Of a stretch of DNA of 64,000 bases, positions 9,614-17,993 are shown piece after piece. Every line of letters begins with the position of its first letter. The first letter of the stretch is position 1. The position numbers and the translations under genes are program-made. The notes beneath the pieces were generated by a model, which was given only the letters and a program-made list of their open reading frames with translations, was not told the origin of the DNA and ran no database searches. Source of the DNA: Lachnospiraceae bacterium (GTDB lineage: Bacteria; Bacillota; Clostridia; Lachnospirales; Lachnospiraceae); NCBI GenBank assembly GCA_045576455.1, contig JAZNGM010000001.1, positions 267,604 through 331,603 on the forward strand, given 5' to 3'.

Positions 9614-10497
9614 GAATAACAATCCTTGGAGCTAACAGTTATATAGCAAGAAATCTAATCCATTATATAAATGTACAGGGAAAAGATGAGCTTTTTCTTT
9701 ATGATTATCAGGAAGAACATCTTGATAATGCTCCTAATTATCAACAACTCAATATTCTTGATGCAGAAAAAGTACAAGCAGTTCGTTTAGATGTGGATAT
9801 TGTCTACATGTTTGTGGGTAAAACAGGAACCATGCAGGGATTTGAAGATTATTCTTCCTACATTGATATAAATGAAAAGGCCTTGCTTAATGTGTTAACT
9901 GCGTATAGAAAATGCAATTCCAAAGCTAAAATTGTGTTCCCGTCAACACGCCTTGTATACCATGGCGTGGAAGGTCCGCTCAAAGAAGAGGCGGAAAAGG
10001 AATATAAGACTATTTACGCAATCAATAAGTATGCATGCGAACAATATCTTAAGATGTATAATGCGGTGTTTGGTGTGCAGTATGTAACGGTAAGGATTTG
10101 CGTGCCTTATGGCACCATGATTGCAAATGCGTCTTCTTACGGTACGGCAGAATTTATGCTTTCCAAAGCAAAAGAAGGTGCGGATATCACACTATATGGT
10201 GGTGGTACGGTAAGAAGAACACTGATTCATATGTTGGATTTATGCGCGGTTCTTTATCTTGTGGGAAAAACAGACCAATGTAAAAACGATACTTATAATA
10301 TCGGTGGTGAAGACTATAGCTTAAAAGAAATGGCAGAAAAAATTGCCGTTAAGTATGGTATACATGTAACCGATGTGCCGTGGCCGGAAGCAGCGCTTAA
10401 GATTGAGTCCGGAGATACGGTGTTTGACGATACTAAATTACAACGATGTATAAATTATCAATATCAATATAGTTTTGATAAGTGGATTGAAGCGTAA
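9610..10497 (+). CDS. Extended SDR, RmlD-like NDP-4-ketohexose 4-reductase
   Basis: ILGANSYIARNL (compare RmlD TGANGQLGREL), PSTRLVYHG (compare STDYVFDG), and the catalytic YAINK (YxxxK). 295 aa. ATGA start/stop overlap with the upstream gene. Confidence 0.6.
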   Translation: MRITILGANSYIARNLIHYINVQGKDELFLYDYQEEHLDNAPNYQQLNILDAEKVQAVRLDVDIVYMFVGKTGTMQGFEDYSSYIDINEKALLNVLTAYRKCNSKAKIVFPSTRLVYHGVEGPLKEEAEKEYKTIYAINKYACEQYLKMYNAVFGVQYVTVRICVPYGTMIANASSYGTAEFMLSKAKEGADITLYGGGTVRRTLIHMLDLCAVLYLVGKTDQCKNDTYNIGGEDYSLKEMAEKIAVKYGIHVTDVPWPEAALKIESGDTVFDDTKLQRCINYQYQYSFDKWIEA

Positions 10498-10511
10498 GTT
10501 GGAGATTAATA

Positions 10512-11645
10512 ATGAAGCAGAGACTGGATTATATCGACGGAATCAGAGGAATCGCCTGTATTCTTGTTATGGCGTATCACTATAATGTATTTTTTGGTAA
10601 TGCCTTCTGGGGAACGGATTTTCTCGCAGATAAATTGGATATAGTATATAACGGTGCTTATTATGTAAGATTCTTCTTTATGATAAGTGCGTTTTTTGTG
10701 GCTCTTTCCTTTTTCCGGTCAGTATCGGAAAATAAAGTGGCGCTGACGGTTGTGAAAAGGTACCTTCGGTTATCCGTTCCGGTTTTTGCTGCATCCCTGA
10801 TTATATTTGTTATGGAGCATTGCGGTGTTTTTACAAATCATTTATTGGGGGCGCTTACAAATGATCCGGACATTTTGACAAGTTTTCAGAAAAAGCATAC
10901 CCTTTTCGAGGTGTTTTCTACCTCCTTCTGCAGAACTATTTTTATGGGAGAATGTAGCTTTAATAATAACTTCTGGATGATGGAGTGTCTTTTCTGGGGT
11001 GATTTATTTGCAATGTTGCTTGCGCTTATCACCAGAGGGCAAGGAAAAATAAAAATCGCCATTTATACCTTGGCAATTACTTTTTCGCTTCTTATGAATG
11101 ATAATTATCTGCCGTTTATTGTAGGAACAGTGGTGGCGGATTGGTATTATAATTCATCAAAAGGTGCAGAGAAAAATAGTGCTAAATCTGTGTTATGCTA
11201 TGGATTGCTAATGCTTGCCGGTATTGTGTTTGTTGAATTGAAACCGGAAATGTATGGTTATATATATACACATAATCTTGCTAAATTGCCGGAAACGCAA
11301 TTTTTGTTAAATGGAAATTTCTACAATACGATTTCACTGTCCATGGTTTTTGTAGCTGTGTTACGTCTGAAATTTGTGCAAAAAGTCCTGGCGTTTAAAC
11401 CATTTGTATCGATCGGGAAAATATCATACTATGTATTTTTACTGCATTGGCCTATTATCTGCTCATTGTCTGCCGGATTGTTCAGAAGATTTGCGACGGT
11501 AGATAATCAGGTGACGGCTGTAAGAATAATTTTTGCGGTTACGTTACTTGTGGTTATTGCGGTATCTACATTAATGACATATCTTTTCGACCGCAAGGTG
11601 AATAAATTTACGGGCATTGTGTTAAGAAAGTGGGAAAAGGAATAA
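10512..11645 (+). CDS. Acyltransferase-3 family membrane O-acyltransferase
   Basis: LDYIDGIRGIACILVMAYHY, then RFFFMISAFFV. Polytopic. Confidence 0.8.
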   Translation: MKQRLDYIDGIRGIACILVMAYHYNVFFGNAFWGTDFLADKLDIVYNGAYYVRFFFMISAFFVALSFFRSVSENKVALTVVKRYLRLSVPVFAASLIIFVMEHCGVFTNHLLGALTNDPDILTSFQKKHTLFEVFSTSFCRTIFMGECSFNNNFWMMECLFWGDLFAMLLALITRGQGKIKIAIYTLAITFSLLMNDNYLPFIVGTVVADWYYNSSKGAEKNSAKSVLCYGLLMLAGIVFVELKPEMYGYIYTHNLAKLPETQFLLNGNFYNTISLSMVFVAVLRLKFVQKVLAFKPFVSIGKISYYVFLLHWPIICSLSAGLFRRFATVDNQVTAVRIIFAVTLLVVIAVSTLMTYLFDRKVNKFTGIVLRKWEKE

Positions 11646-12698
11646 ATGAAGAAAAATTATCCGGAAATAACCAAATTAAGAGGGTTCGCTATTTTGATGG
11701 TTTTGTTATACCATTCAATAATCGTATATCCTATTGATTTACGCGCCATCGGCTGGTGTGCTAATTTAGCCGATGTTTTGTGGCATATTGAGATGCCGCT
11801 CTTCTTTTTGGTGTCCGGTTTTTGCTTTTCGTATGAAGGGAAATATTCTTCGTACATCGTAAAAAAAGTAAAAAGAATATTAATACCCCATTTGGTATTT
11901 GGAATAGTAGACTTATTGTTCCGCGTATTGCCGCAGTATGTGCCTTTCATGAGTAAACTGGTTAACAAGGAAGCAGATGTAATAGATGGTGCGAAAGACT
12001 TTTTGGTTTATGCAAGCATTGATCCGTTCTTACGTTCCTTATTTATTATGTTTTTGGTATTTCCTATTGTTTCCCGGTTGATTAATAAAGGAAAGATATA
12101 TAAATACCTTGTATGTGCAGGCGCATTGCTGCTATATGTTTTCTGCGATAATATTACTAATATAATGGCGTTATCTTATTTTGCCAGATTTTTTGTTTTT
12201 TTCCTGGTTGGACATGTTATCAGGGAAAATGGTTATGAGAAAATTAAGACAATTTTATTGCGCCCGCTTATTATTCTGTCAGGCATGGTGCTTTCCGTAC
12301 TTTCGTTTGTGTGCTTTTTGCTTCCGGGAATGAAAACGGTAAGAGAAATATCCGGTATAGAATCGATGCTTATACTAATTGCTGCCTTATCTGGAGCACT
12401 GGTGATTTATGCGGTTGCGAACATGCCGATGGGAATAGTGGACCGTTTTGTTAATATGGCAGGTAATTATTCATTGCAGCTCTATTTGCTGGGTGGTTAT
12501 GTACTGGTACTTTCGCGGGTAATAGTGGTTACCTATATGAAGATTACATTGCCGGTGCCGGTGATTTTGTTAAATTTTATTATTGATGTATCAGTAATGT
12601 ATGTATTGATTCATTTTATCATCAGAAAAGTAAGCTTGTTCTGCTTTTTGACGGGTCTTACATATAAGAAGAAAAGTAAAACGGAAAGGATATCGTAA
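11646..12698 (+). CDS. Acyltransferase-3 family membrane O-acyltransferase
   Basis: ITKLRGFAILMVLLYHS, then EMPLFFLVSGFCF. Polytopic. Confidence 0.8.
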   Translation: MKKNYPEITKLRGFAILMVLLYHSIIVYPIDLRAIGWCANLADVLWHIEMPLFFLVSGFCFSYEGKYSSYIVKKVKRILIPHLVFGIVDLLFRVLPQYVPFMSKLVNKEADVIDGAKDFLVYASIDPFLRSLFIMFLVFPIVSRLINKGKIYKYLVCAGALLLYVFCDNITNIMALSYFARFFVFFLVGHVIRENGYEKIKTILLRPLIILSGMVLSVLSFVCFLLPGMKTVREISGIESMLILIAALSGALVIYAVANMPMGIVDRFVNMAGNYSLQLYLLGGYVLVLSRVIVVTYMKITLPVPVILLNFIIDVSVMYVLIHFIIRKVSLFCFLTGLTYKKKSKTERIS

Positions 12699-12700
12699 TC

Positions 12701-13735
12701 ATGGGATATGCACTTTTGGCGGTACTGCTTATAGTTGTGCCGTTTGTTTGCGGGATGATTCCTTTATCTCTTATGCATGAAGAACACAAGAGTATACTGG
12801 GTACATATGTGTATGGATGGTTTGTTGTTTTTGCCCTGTTCCAGCTTACGGCCATTCCTTGCATAATACTAAAAACGCGGTTTACGACGCTTTGCATTGT
12901 ATTTGGTATTGTGTTATTGCTCTATATGGTTTTGTCCTGTTTTAAATTTAAGATTGTGCCGGACTTAGTGTCACGTGCCATGGCAGGATATAAAGAATTG
13001 CCGCTCATTGCCAAAATCGGCTGGGCTGTAGTTATAATCGCCTTGGCTGTCCAGATGGTATTTTTGGTATTTAATGAATATATCGATGGGGATGATGCGT
13101 ATTATCTGGTGGTATCGCTTGACTCCATTAAATTTGAAACGATGTATTTGAGAAATCCGTATACAGGCTATCCGTATGGCGGCGTAGATATACGGCATGC
13201 ACTTTCCCCGGTACCGCTTTTTATAGCGTTTTTATCTAAGGTGACAGGTGTGCATTCAACGATTGTAGCGCATTCTGTTTTGGGACCGGCATTTATCGGC
13301 CTGATGTATGGTATTTATACGTTGCTTGGCAGAAAATTGTTTAAGGATAACCGCAAGTGGAACTGTGTGTTTGTGCTGTTTGTTATGGCTTTTTATGTGT
13401 TCGGACATGTATCCTTATATACGGCGGAAACTTTTGCATATACAAGGACCTGGCAGGGAAAATCAATGCTTGCCAATCTGGTTGTGCCGGCATTGTTTTT
13501 ATCCATCCTTTACCTACATGAAAAGTATGCGCGCACCGGTGAGTGGATATTTCTTTTCCTCTTGACTATTGCAGCAGTATTTACTACGAGTGTTGCGGTA
13601 GTGTTTGTTCCGGTAATGTTGTTTATTACTGCGATATTATTGTATCTTAATAAGGGTAATAAAAAGGATTTATTGAAGATGGCAGTTTTACTGGTGCCGT
13701 GTCTGATATTTGGCTTTTTATACATTATGAATTGA
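12701..13735 (+). CDS. Polytopic membrane protein of unknown function (GT-C-like or polymerase-like candidate)
   Basis: 344 aa, ~9-10 TM helices, acidic loop motif NEYIDGDDAYYLVVSLD after the early helices. Packed tightly in the operon. Confidence 0.45.
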   Translation: MGYALLAVLLIVVPFVCGMIPLSLMHEEHKSILGTYVYGWFVVFALFQLTAIPCIILKTRFTTLCIVFGIVLLLYMVLSCFKFKIVPDLVSRAMAGYKELPLIAKIGWAVVIIALAVQMVFLVFNEYIDGDDAYYLVVSLDSIKFETMYLRNPYTGYPYGGVDIRHALSPVPLFIAFLSKVTGVHSTIVAHSVLGPAFIGLMYGIYTLLGRKLFKDNRKWNCVFVLFVMAFYVFGHVSLYTAETFAYTRTWQGKSMLANLVVPALFLSILYLHEKYARTGEWIFLFLLTIAAVFTTSVAVVFVPVMLFITAILLYLNKGNKKDLLKMAVLLVPCLIFGFLYIMN

Positions 13736-13748
13736 TAGGAGAAAAAAC

Positions 13749-14552
13749 ATGACGGATATTATTAAGTCTGTTTTAACTATATATCGTGATTATGCCGGTG
13801 CCAGTGCGTACATGATTATTGCACTGGTTGCGCTTGTGTACTTATTTGTTACGGAAAAAGATAAAACGGTCAAAATGGCACTGATATATGTGTCAATGGG
13901 ATTGTTGGTTCTCTTCTTTATTCCGGTTTATGCTTACGTGGTAATAGAGTTCTTTTTGGAGTATGAAGTTTATTATCGTATGTTATGGTTTGTTCCGTAT
14001 GCAGCATTGGTTGCCTATGCGGGAGTCAGATTATTAATGCGTACAATGGGATTAATAAGAAGAGTGGTGCTGGTGGTTCTTTTTGCGGCGATGCTTTTAG
14101 GAACCGGTAGCTGTGTGTTTACGGATGGAACTTATAAGCGGGCAGAGAATGCTTATCATGTGCCGCAGGTAGTTATCGATATCGTAGACATGATAAAAAT
14201 TGGGGATTGTACTAATATTTGCGCTTTTCCGCCGGAGATAGTACAATATATCCGTCAGGTGGATCCGGACATTGTTATGTGTTACGGGCGTGAAATGCTG
14301 GTGCCACGATGGGGATATGTCAATCCTGTTTATGCAGAAATGGCGGCTCCGGAATATGATATATGGAAAATACAAAGTGAGGCCAGAAGGCAGCAGGTTA
14401 CTTGTATTGTTCTTGATAACCGTAAGAAGGCAGAGGGAGATTTGCGTAATGAACTATATGCATATCTCGGAACGGCCGGTTGTTATGATGTGTATGTAGA
14501 TGAGTCGTTTTATGATACTTATTATAAAGATTATTTATCGGAGGGGAAATGA
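13749..14552 (+). CDS. Membrane protein with ~4 N-terminal TM helices and a soluble C-terminal domain, unknown function
   Basis: 267 aa. Canonical RBS taggag 8 nt upstream of the ATG. Its stop overlaps the next start (ATGA). Confidence 0.45.
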   Translation: MTDIIKSVLTIYRDYAGASAYMIIALVALVYLFVTEKDKTVKMALIYVSMGLLVLFFIPVYAYVVIEFFLEYEVYYRMLWFVPYAALVAYAGVRLLMRTMGLIRRVVLVVLFAAMLLGTGSCVFTDGTYKRAENAYHVPQVVIDIVDMIKIGDCTNICAFPPEIVQYIRQVDPDIVMCYGREMLVPRWGYVNPVYAEMAAPEYDIWKIQSEARRQQVTCIVLDNRKKAEGDLRNELYAYLGTAGCYDVYVDESFYDTYYKDYLSEGK

Positions 14553-15553
14553 TGAAAGCATTTGATAAAGATTTAAAAATATTGGTTACAGGTGGTGCGG
14601 GATTTATAGGGTATCATCTTTCAGTGCGTTTGCTTGAGGCAGGTGCCAAAAAAGTTATCGGTTTTGATAACATGAATGATTATTATGATACGAATCTCAA
14701 AAAAGACCGTCTTCAAATTCTTAGTAAGTATGAGAATTATTCTTTTATTGAAGGGGATTTGGCAGATGCGGCAAAAATTAATGAGATATTTGCAGAATGT
14801 AAACCGGATGTAGTTATTAATCTGGGGGGACAGGCAGGTGTCCGTTACAGTATTGATAATCCGGAATCATATATACAGTCTAATATTGTAGGATTCTTTA
14901 ATATTCTTGAGGCATGCCGTCATCAACCTGTAAAGCATCTTTTATATGCTTCTTCAAGCTCAGTATACGGAGGAAATGAAAAAGTTCCGTTCTCTACGGA
15001 GGATAAGGTGGACAGGCCGGTAAGCTTATATGCAGCAACCAAAAAGACGGATGAGCTTATGGCGTATGCTTATTGTAAGCTTTATAAGATTAAGGCAACA
15101 GGACTCAGATTTTTTACGGTATATGGTCCTATGGGACGACCGGATATGGCATATTTTAAGTTTGCCAAGAAGATTATGGAAGGGCAACCGATTCAGGTAT
15201 ATAACAATGGAGATATGATGCGTGATTTCACGTACGTGGATGATATTGTTACCGGAATATTCAATATAATAAACAACCCACCGAAGGAAGACTCCCTGGG
15301 GGCTGCCTATAAAGTTTATAATATTGGTAATAACAAACCGGAAAAATTAATGGATTTTATCACTATATTGGAAGAGTGCCTGGATAAAGAAGCAGTTAAG
15401 GAGTTTTTACCGATGCAACCGGGGGATGTATACCAGACTTATGCGGATGTAACAGACTTAATGAATGATTTTGGATTTAAGCCTGATACATCGCTCCGTG
15501 AAGGTTTATCTAAATTTGCGAAATGGTTTAAGGAATACTATCACTATAATTAA
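14549..15553 (+). CDS. UDP-glucuronate 4-epimerase (UDP-GlcA to UDP-GalA), extended SDR
   Basis: VTGGAGFIGYH, YASSSSVYGGNEKVPFSTED, PVSLYAATKK, GLRFFTVYGPMGRPDMAYFKF, RDFTYVDDIV. Closely matches the Gla/Cap1J-type epimerase pattern. Confidence 0.85.
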   Translation: MMKAFDKDLKILVTGGAGFIGYHLSVRLLEAGAKKVIGFDNMNDYYDTNLKKDRLQILSKYENYSFIEGDLADAAKINEIFAECKPDVVINLGGQAGVRYSIDNPESYIQSNIVGFFNILEACRHQPVKHLLYASSSSVYGGNEKVPFSTEDKVDRPVSLYAATKKTDELMAYAYCKLYKIKATGLRFFTVYGPMGRPDMAYFKFAKKIMEGQPIQVYNNGDMMRDFTYVDDIVTGIFNIINNPPKEDSLGAAYKVYNIGNNKPEKLMDFITILEECLDKEAVKEFLPMQPGDVYQTYADVTDLMNDFGFKPDTSLREGLSKFAKWFKEYYHYN

Positions 15554-15561
15554 TACGCATG

Positions 15562-16539
15562 CTAATACATGCGGTTTAATAATACGTCCGCAATATGCTC
15601 TGCAATAAGCTTTCTTCCCTGTTCATTCGGGATGTAAGAACTTATTTCAAAATCAAAGTATTGGGATGCGTTTTCTGAATTAATACCCGTATTAATATAG
15701 TTATCTATAAAAGTGACGCCGGCGGAAACGGCGGCACTTTTTATATTGCCCCAATAACCACCGAGGTTTTCGCTGGTTTGCGTTCCGGTATTTCGTACAT
15801 CGCCGCCGACAAGTTCTCCGTCATCTTCCGTATAAAAAGCATACGAAGGACTGGAGATGACTACTTTAATATGCGGGAAATGCTCCCTGATAATTTCAAC
15901 TCCGCTATGAATGGAGCCATATACACTTCCGACACTGGATTCATCATTAACATCGGTGGTTATGTGCCCGCTAAGATAATCATTTATGCCGTAGCTTACC
16001 AAAATAATGTCAACCGTGTTTAAATCAATTGTCTTAATAAGTTCAATGGTTTCTTCAAAATAGGAAGGAACCGCATCAAGGTTATTCAGTGCAAGCTCAA
16101 GCGTGTAATAGTCGTCTGCCTTTAAGTTGGTAAGCAACCGGTAAAAAGAGAAGCATTCCATCGGATAATCATCGTAATTTAGCACTTTGGTTTCTCCGGC
16201 GAAGGAACTTCCTTCAAAGGCACAGTTATACACTGTGGCACCGGTTTTTTCTGAAATCATTGCGGCAAGACCGGTTTCACCACGTTCTAAAGCAAAACTA
16301 TCATCGCCCAGCACCAGAATGGTCATGACACCATCATCTTCCTGCTCCTTTACGTCCTGTATGCAGTAATAATCTTCGGATTCAGGTATGAGATCTGCGG
16401 GATCTATTTTTATCTGCTCTGTTTTTCTTGGCCTGAATACATCGTTTATTTTCCAGATAGTTAAAATAATTATAAATAAAATAATTCCCAGAATAATAAA
16501 CACGGCAAGATTGGATTTAGACCATTCTCTTTTTTTCAT
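15562..16539 (-). CDS. Membrane-anchored SGNH/GDSL-family hydrolase-like protein
   Basis: N-terminal TM (LAVFIILGIILFIIILTIW). Block I ILVLGDDSFA, block II FEGSS, block III VSYGINDY. Block V looks atypical (SSYIPNEQG instead of DxxHPN). Confidence 0.65.
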   Translation of the reverse strand: MKKREWSKSNLAVFIILGIILFIIILTIWKINDVFRPRKTEQIKIDPADLIPESEDYYCIQDVKEQEDDGVMTILVLGDDSFALERGETGLAAMISEKTGATVYNCAFEGSSFAGETKVLNYDDYPMECFSFYRLLTNLKADDYYTLELALNNLDAVPSYFEETIELIKTIDLNTVDIILVSYGINDYLSGHITTDVNDESSVGSVYGSIHSGVEIIREHFPHIKVVISSPSYAFYTEDDGELVGGDVRNTGTQTSENLGGYWGNIKSAAVSAGVTFIDNYINTGINSENASQYFDFEISSYIPNEQGRKLIAEHIADVLLNRMY

Positions 16540-16693
16540 ATGCTGTAAATCTCCGGTTTTTATGATTTTTTGTTATCCTATTTTACAGTAAAACAGGTGT
16601 AGTGTCCATACACATGGTTTTTGAACTTGTATCTTTAGACACTATCAAGTAATATGGTAAGGTAAGAAAACATGTACAATATGGGAGGAAGAG

Positions 16694-17062
16694 ATGAAAA
16701 AGGTTTCCCTTAAACGTATCATTGCATTGCAAATAATAGTAATCATATATACATTTTCTACCGTCTTTGCAAAGCTTGCAGCACAAGAAAAGTTTTTTTC
16801 GTTTAAATTCATCATTTTTATAATGCTTGAGCTTCTTATATTGTTTATATATGCAGTTTTGTGGCAGCAGATTATTAAGAAAACAGAATTATCCATTGCC
16901 TATATGAATAAGTCTTTGGCACTTTTCTGGTCTATGCTCTGGTCCTTTTTTATATTTGAGGAAAAAATAAGCATAAATAATATAATTGGTGTAGTCATTA
17001 TTTTGCTCGGAATTGTGATAATTAATACAGAGAAAGAGGAGGAAAAGGAATATGTGGAATGA
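16694..17062 (+). CDS. Small 4-TM DMT/EamA-like protein (ArnE/ArnF-like flippase subunit candidate)
   Basis: 122 aa with four hydrophobic helices. Overlaps and pairs with a second small DMT-like ORF. Confidence 0.6.
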   Translation: MKKVSLKRIIALQIIVIIYTFSTVFAKLAAQEKFFSFKFIIFIMLELLILFIYAVLWQQIIKKTELSIAYMNKSLALFWSMLWSFFIFEEKISINNIIGVVIILLGIVIINTEKEEEKEYVE

Positions 17063-17396
17063 TTTGTTTCCGTATGTACTGCTTGTCTTGTCTGTAACGA
17101 TAGCGTCTTTTTCACAGGTGTTGCTTAAGAAAAGTGCGTTAATACAATACGATAATAAGATAAGGGAATATCTTAATATATATGTTATCGCAGGTTATGG
17201 GATGACATTTTTGTCAATGTTGTTATCTCTTTTTGCGTATCGGCTGGTGGCTTATAAAAACGGTCCGCTTATTGAGTCTGCGGGGTTTGTCATTGTAATG
17301 ATATTGAGTCTTTTGTTTTTTAAAGAGAAGATAACCGTGAGAAAGTGGCTGGGAAGCTTTTTAGTTGTAATCGGAATGGTTGTTTTTTATCTGTAA
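17052..17396 (+). CDS. Small 4-TM DMT/EamA-like protein (ArnE/ArnF-like flippase subunit candidate)
   Basis: 114 aa with four helices. 11-nt overlap with the preceding paralogous-type ORF. Confidence 0.6.
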   Translation: MWNDLFPYVLLVLSVTIASFSQVLLKKSALIQYDNKIREYLNIYVIAGYGMTFLSMLLSLFAYRLVAYKNGPLIESAGFVIVMILSLLFFKEKITVRKWLGSFLVVIGMVVFYL

Positions 17397-17419
17397 TAGC
17401 ATAATGAAATAAAAATAAA

Positions 17420-17453
17420 TTGAGGCTGTCACATCCCGGTGTGGCAGCCTCAA
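17420..17453. terminator. Rho-independent terminator between convergent genes
   Basis: ttgaggctgtcaca / tgtggcagcctcaa, a 14-bp stem with one mismatch and loop tcccgg. A long T-run follows on the minus strand (complement of aaataaaaataaa). Confidence 0.6.
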
Positions 17454-17463
17454 AATATCCCAT

Positions 17464-17775
17464 TTAGCTAACATTACTTACACTTATCTGGCATTTTTCC
17501 GATACATACGGATTATCAAAGATAGTACATTGCTGGTATGTACGGAACCATTTACAATACTTAATCATGCTGTATGAAGTTGAAATATGATTAAGGGTAT
17601 TCGGATTAGAACATTTGCCAAGAAGCAATTCACGTTCAATCCGGTTCATATTAACATATGATGAATAGGGGACTTCTAATTCTACCAATCTGGTGCTGCA
17701 TTTTGGGCAAAAAGCTTTATGCCCGTTTAGCATATGTATGAAGTGACATCGCTTGCAGTAATGCATATACAACAT
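17464..17775 (-). CDS. Small cysteine-rich zinc-ribbon protein, unknown function
   Basis: 103 aa. CKRC...CPKC (CxxC-x17-CxxC) at the N-terminus. Has its own terminator. No family recognised. Confidence 0.45.
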   Translation of the reverse strand: MLYMHYCKRCHFIHMLNGHKAFCPKCSTRLVELEVPYSSYVNMNRIERELLLGKCSNPNTLNHISTSYSMIKYCKWFRTYQQCTIFDNPYVSEKCQISVSNVS

Positions 17776-17855
17776 ACATTATCCCTTTTCATAAGTGCTT
17801 GTAAATGTTACCATGCCATTGTGTCATGATTTGGAAGATAAGTCAAGAAGTATTT

Positions 17856-17885
17856 CTTGTCATAAGTATGGTATCAATGGTATAA
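17856..17885 (+). promoter_or_regulatory. Candidate sigma-A promoter for the long operon beginning at 17994
   Basis: -35 ttgtca (17856-17861), 18-nt spacer, extended -10 tgg-tataat (17877-17885). This leaves a ~100-nt leader. Confidence 0.4.
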
Positions 17886-17993
17886 TATCCGTTGTATGAT
17901 GAAATGTATTAGGTTGACATAAGATTAGAACTGAATCCATTATTACAAAGAGTATTATCAATTGTAAGAATAGGAGGATTAGAATTCAGTATT

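Noticed and set aside
15556-15573. Palindrome cgcatg-ctaata-catgcg between the convergent epimerase and SGNH genes
   Set aside because: It has a 6-bp stem and no U-tract, and it overlaps the end of the SGNH coding region. It might contribute to termination but is not supportable.
16540-17993. Invertible-promoter (inverton) signatures around the promoters of the glycan operons
   Set aside because: I found only short 7-8-bp inverted or direct repeats (ctgtaaa/tttacag; gattagaa x2). There are no long flanking inverted repeats and no nearby recombinase.
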